Shown here piece by piece: positions 22,281-31,812 of a stretch of DNA of 64,000 bases (position 1 is its first letter; the number at the start of each line of letters is the position of its first letter). The position numbers and the translations under genes were made by a program. The stretch lies in the NCBI GenBank assembly GCA_041489255.1, contig JBGPQV010000002.1, positions 96,001-160,000 on the forward strand, given 5' to 3'. The notes beneath the pieces were generated by a model. It saw only the letters and a program-made list of their open reading frames with translations, had not been told where the DNA came from and searched no databases. This DNA is from Thermoplasmata archaeon (GTDB taxonomy: Archaea; Thermoplasmatota; Thermoplasmata; RBG-16-68-12; JAFNFQ01).

Positions 22281-23576
22281 ATGGCCTCGATCAAGACGAT
22301 CAACGATACTGTTCACGGCACGATTCGCCTGGAGGGAATCGTCTTGGACCTCCTTGAGACGTTGGAGATTCAGAGGTTGAACAGCATCAGGCAGCTAGGC
22401 CTCACATACCTGGTGTTCCCCGGGGCGAACCACTCGAGGATCGAGCACGTCATAGGCGTCTCGCACGTGGCGGGGCAGATCGCCGACGCTATCGACCTTC
22501 CCGGGGCGGAGAAGGACCTGGTCATGGCGGCGGGGCTCCTGCACGACGTCGGCCACGGGCCTTTCTCCCACACGCTCGAGCACGTGCTCAGCCACGAGAG
22601 CAGCCTGGACCACATGAAGCTGACTCAGCGGATAATCAAAGGGGACGAGGACAACGTCGTTCCTCAGGAGAGAGAGGAATTCCCAGATGTGCCGAGGATC
22701 TCTGAAGTGCTGAAGGCGCACGGACTGAAGCCCGCCGAGGTCGCCTCCCTCGTCGAGGGTGAGCCGGTCATGCACGGGCTCAGGGGGCTCGGCGAGCCTG
22801 CGAGGTCGCATCGGAAGCGATACCTCGCGCAGATAATCCACAGTACGGTCGACGCGGACCAGGTGGACTACCTGATGAGGGACGCGCACTACACGGGAGT
22901 CGCGCACGGGGCTTTCGACTTCAGGCGGCTGCTGCAGACGATGATGCTCAAGGACGGCAGGATGGTCATAGACAAGAAAGGGCTCCCCGCGCTGGAGGGG
23001 ATGCTGGTCGCGAGGGCGCTGATGTACTCCTCGGTCTACTTCCATAAGACTGTCAGGATCGCGGAACAGATGATTGCACGGGCGGTCGAGCGATCGGAGA
23101 AGCCCGTCAGGGAAGTGCAGAAGATGGTGGATGCCGAGCTGATCAACTGGCTCGTCGACCAAGGCGGGCTGCAGAGGGAGTTCGCCCTCCGCATCAAGTA
23201 CAGGAAGCTGTTCAAGCGCGCGTGGCACAGGGGACGGGACGACCTGTCGAAGGAGCAGTGCGACACGCTCCTCGAGCTGGCGGAGAGGGGGAAGAGGCGC
23301 AAGGCGGAGGACGCAATATGCCGCAGGGCGGGAATAGAGGAGGGCAGGGTCCTGATCGACGTGCCCGCGCCGGAGCTGCTGCTGAGCGAGCCGAGGATCG
23401 CGGCGGTGGACATCGACGTCGTGGACGAAGACAGGCTCGTGCCCTTCAGGAAGTCGAGCCCGCTGAGCAGGGCGCTTCAGCTTAGAGAGGTTTCGGACTG
23501 GGTGGTGATGGTCGCCGCGGATCCGAAATGGCTGGGAGAGGTCAGGGCTGCGGTGGACCGAGTGCTGTTCGCATGA
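22281..23576 (+). CDS. HD-domain phosphohydrolase (SAMHD1/dNTPase-like, COG1078)
   Basis: QRLNSIRQLG, PGANHSRIEH, LLHDVGHGPFSH, DADQVDYLMRD, VYFHKT. Confidence 0.92.
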   Translation: MASIKTINDTVHGTIRLEGIVLDLLETLEIQRLNSIRQLGLTYLVFPGANHSRIEHVIGVSHVAGQIADAIDLPGAEKDLVMAAGLLHDVGHGPFSHTLEHVLSHESSLDHMKLTQRIIKGDEDNVVPQEREEFPDVPRISEVLKAHGLKPAEVASLVEGEPVMHGLRGLGEPARSHRKRYLAQIIHSTVDADQVDYLMRDAHYTGVAHGAFDFRRLLQTMMLKDGRMVIDKKGLPALEGMLVARALMYSSVYFHKTVRIAEQMIARAVERSEKPVREVQKMVDAELINWLVDQGGLQREFALRIKYRKLFKRAWHRGRDDLSKEQCDTLLELAERGKRRKAEDAICRRAGIEEGRVLIDVPAPELLLSEPRIAAVDIDVVDEDRLVPFRKSSPLSRALQLREVSDWVVMVAADPKWLGEVRAAVDRVLFA

Positions 23577-23682
23577 AGGCGGCGGGGCTGATGCGACAGG
23601 TTTCTCCCTCACCTTTTATATATCAGACTAACGATACATCCGTAATCTGGGATGGGTATACCCAGCCGCGCAGGGTGAACGC

Positions 23683-24777
23683 ATGAAATCGATTATCGAA
23701 GACACGCTTTCTAGAGATGCTTCTGTCGTGCAGCCGGAGGACTCGAGGGTCGATCACGAGCTGGAGGACCTCCTCGCGAAGATGAGGACGAACATCAAGA
23801 TCATCGGGGTCGGCGGTGGCGGGAGCAACACCATCGCGCGAATCACCGAGGAGGGGATAGTCGGCGCGGAGCTCATAGCCGCGAACACCGACGCACAGCA
23901 CCTCTTCGCGATCAGGGTCCCGAGGAAGATACTCCTGGGCCGCAGGACGACTAAGGGCCTGGGTGCGGGCGCCCTTCCCCAGATAGGCGAGGAGGCTGCG
24001 AGAGAGGCGGAGGACGAACTCAAGGCGGCACTCCAGGGGGCCGACATGGTCTTCGTGACGTGCGGCCTCGGCGGGGGGACCGGCACGGGCAGCAGCGGCT
24101 ACATCTCGAAGATGGCGCGAGACCTGGGGGCGCTGACGATTGGCGTGGTAACGATGCCCTTCAAGGGAGAAGGCAGGCTCCGCATGGAGAGCGCTGAGTG
24201 GGGGCTGGAGCGCCTCAGGAACTCCGCGGACACCGTCATCACGATCCCGAACGACAGACTTCTCGATTTGGTGCCGCGCATGCCCCTCAATGCTGCATTC
24301 AGGTTCGCGGACGAGGTGCTGATGAGGTCGATCAAGGGCCTCACCGAGGTCATCACGAAGCCCGGCCTTGTCAACCTCGACTTCAACGACATCAAGACGA
24401 TCATGAAGGGAGCCGGAGTGGCGATGATAGGCCTGGGAGAGAGCGAGGCGATGGGGGAGGAGAGGGCGATAGAGGCGATCGACGAGGCGATCAACTCGCC
24501 CCTGCTCGATGTGGACATCAGCCAGGCAAACGGAGTCCTGGTGAACGTGATCGGCGGGAACGACATGACCGTGACGGAGGCCGAGCGCGTCGCCGAGGTG
24601 GTCCAGACGAAGGTCAGCCCGAACGCCAGGATAATCTGGGGCGCGACCGTCGATCCGACGCTGGAGCACAAGCTGCGCGTGATGCTGGTCGCCACGGGGG
24701 TCAAGAGCAAGCAGATCACGGGCCGCAGGGACATCCCGCCGACCTCGCAAAGGATGGGCATGGACGTCGTGAGATAG
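23683..24777 (+). CDS. ftsZ: Cell division protein FtsZ (copy 1)
   Basis: [28 protein letters not shown] motifs. Confidence 0.97.
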   Translation: MKSIIEDTLSRDASVVQPEDSRVDHELEDLLAKMRTNIKIIGVGGGGSNTIARITEEGIVGAELIAANTDAQHLFAIRVPRKILLGRRTTKGLGAGALPQIGEEAAREAEDELKAALQGADMVFVTCGLGGGTGTGSSGYISKMARDLGALTIGVVTMPFKGEGRLRMESAEWGLERLRNSADTVITIPNDRLLDLVPRMPLNAAFRFADEVLMRSIKGLTEVITKPGLVNLDFNDIKTIMKGAGVAMIGLGESEAMGEERAIEAIDEAINSPLLDVDISQANGVLVNVIGGNDMTVTEAERVAEVVQTKVSPNARIIWGATVDPTLEHKLRVMLVATGVKSKQITGRRDIPPTSQRMGMDVVR

Positions 24778-24841
24778 GAGTCTGGCCGTTCTGGGGCAGC
24801 CTCATCAGGCCAGCGCAGCCACTCAGGGCAGCAACCATTCC

Positions 24842-24855
24842 GAAAAGCTTTATAG
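24842..24855 (+). promoter_or_regulatory. BRE/TATA promoter of the second ftsZ-secE-spt5 unit
   Basis: GAAAAGCTTTATAG about 70 bp upstream of the ATG; GGAGG RBS. Confidence 0.6.
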
Positions 24856-24921
24856 AGACCCTTGGTTACGTCCACCTAAACCTGACCAGGGTTTGCCCGT
24901 GATTCAGATGGAGGCATCTCC

Positions 24922-26028
24922 ATGCAATCTATTATCAAAGAATCGTTAATCAGGGCCGAGGACAAACCGCATGCTCTCTCGGAGCCGCTCCAGATCGGAG
25001 GATTCGCGGCGGACGACGCCGAGCTGGAGAAGATACTCGCCAGTCTCAGGACGAACATCAAGATCGTCGGGGTCGGTGGCGGCGGGACGAACACAATCGA
25101 CCGCCTCGTGGAGGCGGGGATCGTCGGTGCCGAGCTGTATGCCTGCAACACGGACGCGCAGCACCTCCTCACGGTCCGCTCCCCCCATAAGATCCTCTTC
25201 GGGAGAAGGGTGACGCGGGGACTCGGGGCCGGCGCGCTGCCGCAGGTCGGCGAGGAGGCGGCGAGGGAATCTGACGAGGAGCTCAAGAAGGCGCTTCAGG
25301 GTGCTGACATGGTCTTTGTCACATGCGGGCTGGGCGGCGGGACGGGCACGGGCGGCGCTCCTGTCGTGGCGCAGATCGCGCACGAGCTGGGCGCCCTGAC
25401 CATAGCGATTTGCACGCTCCCGTTCAAGGCGGAGGGGATCATCCGCGCGGAGAACGCCGAGTACGGGCTGGAGAAGCTGCGCAACTTCGCGGACACAGTC
25501 ATCACCATACCAAACGACAAGCTGCTGGAGCTCGTGCCGAGGCTGGCGCTCAACGCTGCATTCAAGGTGGCGGACGAGGTCCTCATGAGGGCGATCAAAG
25601 GCATCACCGAGGTCATCACGAAGCCCGGCCTGGTCAACCTGGACTTCAACGACATAAGGACGATCATGAAGGGCGGGGGAGTCGCGATGATAGGCCTCGG
25701 CGAGGGCGAGGACGACAGGCGGGCCGAGGACGCGATAGAGGCCGCGATCAACTCCCCGCTGATCGACGTGGACATTAGCATCGCAAACGGCGCGCTGGTC
25801 AATGTGACCGGCGGCAACGACATGACTGTGACGGAGGCCGAGAAGTGCGCCGAGATAGTCCAGAGCAGAATCAGCCCCAACGCGAGGATCATCTGGGGAG
25901 CCGCGGTGGACCCTGCGCTGCAGCACAGGATGAGAGCGCTCGTCATCCTCACTGGTGTCAAGAGCAAGCAGATCTACGGCAGGGGCGAGAGGCCGCCTCA
26001 GGCCCCCGGGCTCGAGGTCGTGCGGTGA
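24922..26028 (+). CDS. ftsZ: Cell division protein FtsZ (copy 2, canonical ftsZ1 context)
   Basis: Same signature motifs; followed by secE and spt5. Confidence 0.97.
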   Translation: MQSIIKESLIRAEDKPHALSEPLQIGGFAADDAELEKILASLRTNIKIVGVGGGGTNTIDRLVEAGIVGAELYACNTDAQHLLTVRSPHKILFGRRVTRGLGAGALPQVGEEAARESDEELKKALQGADMVFVTCGLGGGTGTGGAPVVAQIAHELGALTIAICTLPFKAEGIIRAENAEYGLEKLRNFADTVITIPNDKLLELVPRLALNAAFKVADEVLMRAIKGITEVITKPGLVNLDFNDIRTIMKGGGVAMIGLGEGEDDRRAEDAIEAAINSPLIDVDISIANGALVNVTGGNDMTVTEAEKCAEIVQSRISPNARIIWGAAVDPALQHRMRALVILTGVKSKQIYGRGERPPQAPGLEVVR

Positions 26029-26038
26029 GGAAATCGAG

Positions 26039-26278
26039 ATGAGCGGAATATTGGACAAGGGCTGGGAGACTCAGAGGCGCTTCGAGGAGAGGGCGAAGAG
26101 GGTCGGGAAGGGCAAGTACGGGCGCGTCCTGAAGATGGCGCGCAAGCCCACGACCGAGGAGTACGCCAAGGTCGTGACCGTGACTGGGCTCGGCCTGATA
26201 CTCATAGGAGCGCTCGGTTTCTTCATCTATCTCATGATGACCGCGTTCCCCAACTGGATCGGCGGCCTGTTCAAGTGA
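26039..26278 (+). CDS. secE: Protein translocase SecE / Sec61 gamma
   Basis: YGRVLKMARKPTTEEY plus one TM helix; conserved context. Confidence 0.93.
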   Translation: MSGILDKGWETQRRFEERAKRVGKGKYGRVLKMARKPTTEEYAKVVTVTGLGLILIGALGFFIYLMMTAFPNWIGGLFK

Positions 26279-26293
26279 GAGGAGTTCGGATCC

Positions 26294-27385
26294 ATGGGAC
26301 TATTTGACGACTTCGCAAAGAAGCCACAAGTGCCGCCTCCCGCGGAGAAGCCGCCGGAGAGGCCGGCTGTCGTCGCCCGCGTGTCCATCGATATGAAGGA
26401 AGAGAAGATGGACATGACGGCGGGGGTGGGGAGGGAGTTCCCCGTCGTCGTCATGAACTCGGGCACCGAGGACGACACCGTCAGGATCAAAGTGGACATG
26501 ATCTACAGCTACGAGACTCCGGACCCGCCCGAGTGGACCGTGAAGCTCGGGGGCGTGGAGGAGAAGGTCCGGGAGATAGGCACCTACGTCAGGCACCACC
26601 AGGAGGTCAAGACCCGAAAGGAGTTCGTGGACAGGCAGGTCAAGGAGCTCACGGACAAGGGTCAGCCGGTGCCGGAGGACTTGGCGAAGGAGCGCGACTC
26701 CCTCGCGGAGAAGTTCAGGGAGGCCGAGGAGGGCCTGTCGAGGTCGTTCATCCTGGTCAGCGGCGGGAGGAGGGAGCTGACTCTCTCGGTGACCTGCCCC
26801 AAGGGCGCCAGGTACGGGGACAGCCTCAACGTCGTGGTCAACGCGATATCGAAGAGCGACCCCGCGGCGAGGGACCACAAGAGCAGCGTGTTCATGGCGC
26901 GGCAGAGCGTGCTGGCCGTGAAGACGTCGATAGGGCACGAGAGGGCGGTGGCGGACTCGCTGTATTCCAAGGCGAAGGCCAGGGATATAGGCGTGTTCAG
27001 CATACTCGCTCCTGCGAACCTGAGGGGCTACCTCTTCATCGAGAGCATGAACCCCGACAGGCTGGAAGAGGCGGTCAGGGGGATCAGGCGCGCGCACGGC
27101 GTCGTCGGGCGGGGGAAGGGCGAGACGAAGGGCGACGAAGGGATCATCGCCATCAAGGACATGGACATCTACCTCGCGCCGAAGCCTATCGTGAGCGGCA
27201 TCATGGAGGGGGATATCGTCGAGCTGATCTCCGGGCCGTTCAAGGGCGAGAAGGCGAGGGTGCTGAGGATAGACGAGGCGAAGGAGGAGATCACCGTCGA
27301 GCTGTTCGAGGCGATGGTGCCGATACCTGTGACCGTCAGGGGGGACGCGGTCAGGGTGCTGCAGAAGGAGCAGGAGCAGAAGTAG
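26294..27385 (+). CDS. spt5: Transcription elongation factor Spt5 (NusG) with about 200-aa N-terminal extension
   Basis: NGN (LRGYLFIES) and KOW (GDIVELISGPFKGEKARV) domains in the C-terminal part. Confidence 0.92.
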   Translation: MGLFDDFAKKPQVPPPAEKPPERPAVVARVSIDMKEEKMDMTAGVGREFPVVVMNSGTEDDTVRIKVDMIYSYETPDPPEWTVKLGGVEEKVREIGTYVRHHQEVKTRKEFVDRQVKELTDKGQPVPEDLAKERDSLAEKFREAEEGLSRSFILVSGGRRELTLSVTCPKGARYGDSLNVVVNAISKSDPAARDHKSSVFMARQSVLAVKTSIGHERAVADSLYSKAKARDIGVFSILAPANLRGYLFIESMNPDRLEEAVRGIRRAHGVVGRGKGETKGDEGIIAIKDMDIYLAPKPIVSGIMEGDIVELISGPFKGEKARVLRIDEAKEEITVELFEAMVPIPVTVRGDAVRVLQKEQEQK

Positions 27386-27450
27386 GCTGTCAAGATCGCG
27401 ACCCCTGAGTGGGGAACTTTCATACACCTCCCCCAGAGAAGTTGATTTTC

Positions 27451-27806
27451 GCTTCATTTTTGTAGCAACTGATGACAGGTGACGAAGACGAGAAATCGAC
27501 AATCGTCGCGATGCCCAGGATCATCGTGTCCTACAATGTCGTGAGTAACAGGCGCGGCGAGAGCAGTCTGGTCTATCAGTACGTGTTTGGCCGGAAGGTC
27601 ACGAAGAAGGTCTCCGCCGGAAAGAGGGTTTATCGCTACCCCGGTCTGGTGGAAAGGCCCGACGTCGAAGCCCTCGGACAGTCGGTGCTGATGATGAAGG
27701 AGAAGGATGCCGAGGATTTCCACTCGTTCCTCTGGGGCCTGCGGGTCCCGCACACGATGACGAAGGTCTGGGTCGAGCCTTGAGTTGCTTCAAAATTGTA
27801 GCAACT
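27451..27806. repeat. 20-bp imperfect direct repeats flanking a small gene
   Basis: GCTTCATTTTTGTAGCAACT (27451-27470) versus GCTTCAAAATTGTAGCAACT (27787-27806), 17/20 identical. Confidence 0.75.
27472..27783 (+). CDS. Small hypothetical protein, possible Cas2/VapD/PaaX-like ferredoxin fold
   Basis: IIVSYNV...LGQSVLMM...FL pattern; start may be 27511. Confidence 0.6.
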   Translation: MTGDEDEKSTIVAMPRIIVSYNVVSNRRGESSLVYQYVFGRKVTKKVSAGKRVYRYPGLVERPDVEALGQSVLMMKEKDAEDFHSFLWGLRVPHTMTKVWVEP

Positions 27807-27921
27807 CGAAATCGGCATGGCTGAGGTCGACGCATCAGGTTCCCCCGCTCGATGGCTTCCAGGCCCAAGTGCAAAGACTTATCAAGCCCAGCCACATCCG
27901 CATATCTCCAAGGTTGAGACA

Positions 27922-28407
27922 ATGCCAGAACGCCTAGAGGTTCTAGTCGACGCCGGCAAAGCGACTCCAGGCGCGCCGCTCGGCCCCGCGCTCGGCCCGC
28001 TCGGCCTGAACATCCTGCAGGTGTGCAAGGACATCAACGAGAAGACGAAGGACTTCGAGGGGATGAAGGTCCCCATCATCCTGCTCATCGACACGAAGAC
28101 CAAGGAGTACACCATCGAGGTAGGCACGCCACCCGTGTCCGCGCTGATACTCAAAGAGGCGGGCGCGGAGAAGGGCTCCGGCGAGGCGGGCAAGACCATG
28201 GTGGGCACCATCTCGATGAAGTCAGTGATCAGCGTCGCCGAGATGAAGAAGGACTCGCTCCAGGGCAAGGACCTCAAGAGACGCGTCATGGAGGTCATCG
28301 GGACGTGCGTCTCCATGGGCGTCAAGGTCGAGGGCAAGAACCCCAAGGAAATCAACAAGGAGATCAAGGACGGGAAGTGGGACGCCCAGCTGGAGAAGGC
28401 GCAGTAG
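27922..28407 (+). CDS. rpl11: 50S ribosomal protein L11
   Basis: GKATPGAPLGPALGPLG, PPVSALI, IGTCVSMGV. Confidence 0.97.
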   Translation: MPERLEVLVDAGKATPGAPLGPALGPLGLNILQVCKDINEKTKDFEGMKVPIILLIDTKTKEYTIEVGTPPVSALILKEAGAEKGSGEAGKTMVGTISMKSVISVAEMKKDSLQGKDLKRRVMEVIGTCVSMGVKVEGKNPKEINKEIKDGKWDAQLEKAQ

Positions 28408-28526
28408 GCAGAGCGAATTCGCCAACCCCGGCTAAATATTCTTAAATAGACAGAAGGCGCATTCGAGCACAATTCCCGCAGGGAGGGGAAATCACGAGAG
28501 TCGCTTCTGGCCTCAGAGCTCTGCTT

Positions 28527-31500
28527 GTGTCCGGCGTCTTGCTCGCTTCGTTAATCGGCTTCGCCAAGAATGTCTCGAGCATGGACGTGCCGCCAGAGGT
28601 CGTCTCCGTCTCGCCGGGAGTCGACGCGACGAACGTCTCTGTCCTCGCGAACATCTCCGTCGTCTTCAACAAGCCGATGAACACGACGAGCGAGAAATGG
28701 AACATCACCCCATTCGTTCCTCTCAATTCCTCTTGGTGGGACACCTCGACGCTGAACCTTACGCACACGGTCCCGATGACGCCCGCGACCAGTTATGTGA
28801 TCTGGGTCACGGCGAACAACACGGCGGGCACCCCGCTGAGGCGCTACTACCACAAGTACACGTGGCGGTTCACGACAGACTGCGGGGGCACCTGCGTCGT
28901 TCAGACCTCGCCCGCCGACGGCGACAGGAACGTGGATCTCACCGCCGCAATCGTCGTCAAGCTGAGTCTCCCGGCGGACACGGCCGCCATCTCGTTCTCG
29001 ATCGTGCCGGTCGTTCCGGGCCTGACCTACACATGGGCGCCAGGGAACACCATGGTGACGCTGAACCACCCCATGCCTCTGGAGCGCTGCACGGCGTACA
29101 CGGTGACCGTCGGCGGAGTCGTTCCAGGTTCGGTCCCGAACCCGTGGACATTCACTACCGCCTGCCCCGGCGCCACCTTCATCGACGTCGCGGCGAGCAA
29201 GGGCTTCAACGGGATCGACGGCAGCTTCTATGCCTGGGGGGATTACAACCGCGACGGGAACGAGGACATTCTGATCGACGGCAAGAGGCTGCTCAGGAAC
29301 AACGGCCCGCCGAACTACGACTTCACCGAGGTGACCAGTCAAGCGGCCATCGGAGGAACAACGATCAACAACGGCGTCTGGGGCGACTACAACAACGACG
29401 GCTGGCTCGACTTCTACGCCCCCGGCGGTGGTTGGAGCACCAACGCAAACACGAAAGCTCCCTGGGACATACTCTGGATGAACAACGGCGACGGGACCTT
29501 CACCAACGTCACCGCCGCGGCGGGGACCGTCAAGGACATCTATCCCTCCGTTGCAGCGGGCTGGGGAGACTACGACAGAGACGGCTTCATAGACCTTTAT
29601 GTGGCGAACTACGAGAACGCCGGGATGACCTCAGGGTATCCCGACAGGCTCTGGCACAATGATGGCGATGGCACCTTCACGGACGTGACGAGTTCCGCCC
29701 GCATCCTCGACTCGGGACCGGTGAAGCCTGGGCGCGGAGTCGCCTGGGGCGACTACAACAACGACGGCTGGCTCGACGCCTACATCGGCAACTATCGCAT
29801 CACCGCCAACTACCTGTGGAAGAACCGGGGGAACGGTCAGTTCGTCGATGTCGCGGAGGACCTCAACGCGACCGGCTGGTATCAGACCGACAATCTCTGT
29901 TACGATTACACATTGCACGCAACATACGGGCGGCAGTATGCGCACACGATCGGGTCCGCCTGGGCCGACTTCGACAACGACGGAGACATCGACAATTTCA
30001 ACGCTAATCTGGCGCACAAGTCCGTCGGGAACACATCTATTCCCGGTCTCCCTTACGACATGCGCGGCTACATCACTGACGATTCACGTCTATTCAGAAA
30101 CGATGGCCCGCCGAACTACAACTTCACCGACGTCAGGGAGGCCGCAGGGATCAAGTTGAAACCCGTTGGCGGCACTACCGCTGACCTCGTCGACAGTCCG
30201 CTGGCGCCCTGTATCCACAATGCGTACAAAGGGGACGAACTGTTCAGCAACGTGATGTGGGCCGACTACGACCTCGATGGATGGCAGGACCTTTGGATAC
30301 CGCAAGTCTACAACATCAGCTACGCGTATTCGTTCCTCTATCACAACAATGGCGACGGTACGTTCTCCGATGTCACCACAGCCGCAAACGTCCGTGTTTG
30401 GGTCGACGGCTATGCCGGCGCTTGGGCAGACTACAACAACGACGGATTCCCGGATCTCGTCACGAGGGGGATCTACCCTGAATACAAGTCTCCCTACGCG
30501 CGCGCAATCCGGCTCTTCGAGAACCAGGGGAACACGAACTCGTGGCTGCAGGTGAAGCTGAATGGCTGCACCAGCAACGCCGCCGCAATCGGAGCCCGCG
30601 TCCTCGCCACGGCCAACGGCATGACCCAGATGAGGAACGTCGAGGCTGGCTCGGGCAGTCATTCCCAGATGAACTCCCTGGTGCAGGAGTTCGGGTTCGG
30701 CGACTATCACGGGACGGCAGACCTCCTGATCCGCTGGCCCAATAATAACACGCAGGCAGTGAATGCCGTGACCCTCAACCAGCTGCTGCGCGTGAACGAG
30801 CCAGGTTGCAACGTCCCCGCCAAGGTTCCCTATGTGTCCGCGGCGATCCCCGCCGGGCTCGGGGCAGATGTGGTCCTGAACTGGGAGAAGGCGATGGGCG
30901 ACGATCCCTGGGCAATGAACGTCACCGAGTATGCAATCTACTTCGGTCTCTCGTACGACCCCAGCGCAGTCTCATACAGCTTCCTGGGCAAGGTGCCTGC
31001 GGGGACGACGATCTTCACTCACCTCGGCGGTGGTGTCGGCGATCCTAGAACGTATTATTACTCGATACAGACGAACGGCACAGGCGGAACGATCCGCAGC
31101 GTCGCACAGGCGGTGAAGTTCGCCAAGCAACTCTCGCCCGGCGAGCAGCTTCTCTCGATACCGGTGCCGATCTCGAACTACTCTCTGGAGAGCGTCCTCA
31201 GGGGAGTCTCGTTCACCCACGTCCGAATCTACGACGGAGCCCTGCAAGATCCGTGGTTGTCCTACGCCCGAGGCCGCCAGTTCAACGACTGCGACACTTT
31301 CTCAACGTACCAAGCATTCTGGATCGATGTTGCGGGTGGACCCCTCCCGGTCTACTTCACGGTGGCGGGTCCGGTTCTGCCCGCAGCCACCATCCATCTG
31401 AGCGCCGGCTGGAACCTTGTCGGATACGCGTCGACCCTGTCCAGGGACGTCGCGAGCGCGGTTGCGGGACTCGGCGGCAACTTCAGGGCGATGGAGGGCT

Positions 31501-31625
31501 ACGACTCCTTCGCGGCGCCGTACTTCCTCAAACGGATGGGACCGACCGATCCAATGATCGGAGGCGAGGGCTACTGGATCTATGTAGGTTCAGTCGCTGA
31601 CTGGACGCTTTCGTTCGCACCGTGA
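28527..31625 (+). CDS. Secreted FG-GAP/VCBS-repeat protein with ASPIC/UnbV domain and N-terminal Ig-like domains
   Basis: Repeated WGDYNNDGWLD; SNAAAIGARV...FGFGD...IRWP; C-terminal GWNLVGY domain; true start may be upstream. Confidence 0.88.
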   Translation: MSGVLLASLIGFAKNVSSMDVPPEVVSVSPGVDATNVSVLANISVVFNKPMNTTSEKWNITPFVPLNSSWWDTSTLNLTHTVPMTPATSYVIWVTANNTAGTPLRRYYHKYTWRFTTDCGGTCVVQTSPADGDRNVDLTAAIVVKLSLPADTAAISFSIVPVVPGLTYTWAPGNTMVTLNHPMPLERCTAYTVTVGGVVPGSVPNPWTFTTACPGATFIDVAASKGFNGIDGSFYAWGDYNRDGNEDILIDGKRLLRNNGPPNYDFTEVTSQAAIGGTTINNGVWGDYNNDGWLDFYAPGGGWSTNANTKAPWDILWMNNGDGTFTNVTAAAGTVKDIYPSVAAGWGDYDRDGFIDLYVANYENAGMTSGYPDRLWHNDGDGTFTDVTSSARILDSGPVKPGRGVAWGDYNNDGWLDAYIGNYRITANYLWKNRGNGQFVDVAEDLNATGWYQTDNLCYDYTLHATYGRQYAHTIGSAWADFDNDGDIDNFNANLAHKSVGNTSIPGLPYDMRGYITDDSRLFRNDGPPNYNFTDVREAAGIKLKPVGGTTADLVDSPLAPCIHNAYKGDELFSNVMWADYDLDGWQDLWIPQVYNISYAYSFLYHNNGDGTFSDVTTAANVRVWVDGYAGAWADYNNDGFPDLVTRGIYPEYKSPYARAIRLFENQGNTNSWLQVKLNGCTSNAAAIGARVLATANGMTQMRNVEAGSGSHSQMNSLVQEFGFGDYHGTADLLIRWPNNNTQAVNAVTLNQLLRVNEPGCNVPAKVPYVSAAIPAGLGADVVLNWEKAMGDDPWAMNVTEYAIYFGLSYDPSAVSYSFLGKVPAGTTIFTHLGGGVGDPRTYYYSIQTNGTGGTIRSVAQAVKFAKQLSPGEQLLSIPVPISNYSLESVLRGVSFTHVRIYDGALQDPWLSYARGRQFNDCDTFSTYQAFWIDVAGGPLPVYFTVAGPVLPAATIHLSAGWNLVGYASTLSRDVASAVAGLGGNFRAMEGYDSFAAPYFLKRMGPTDPMIGGEGYWIYVGSVADWTLSFAP

Positions 31626-31812
31626 CCGATCCAGATTGAGCGAGAAAAGGGCAACTGTTCGATGCTCGTGCCAAATCCGATATATCTGCACGCCGGATTG
31701 CTTAATCAAGAAGGTTTGAGGAGGGGACGAGGTCCCACTGGCCTATCAAGCGCTGGCGATGGGCGGGGGAGTATCGCCATCCTCACTCCTTCCTAATTTC
31801 GGGTTGAGGAAC

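Noticed and set aside
22395-27502. Long antisense ORFs (370-405 aa) over the HD-domain gene, ftsZ and spt5; similar ones over gyrAB and hel308
   Set aside because: Shadow ORFs expected from high GC3 codon bias; no recognisable motifs.
31714-31795. GGCGATGG...ATCGCC hairpin resembling a fluoride riboswitch
   Set aside because: Spacing and downstream consensus do not fit, and the downstream gene is a PKD protein.
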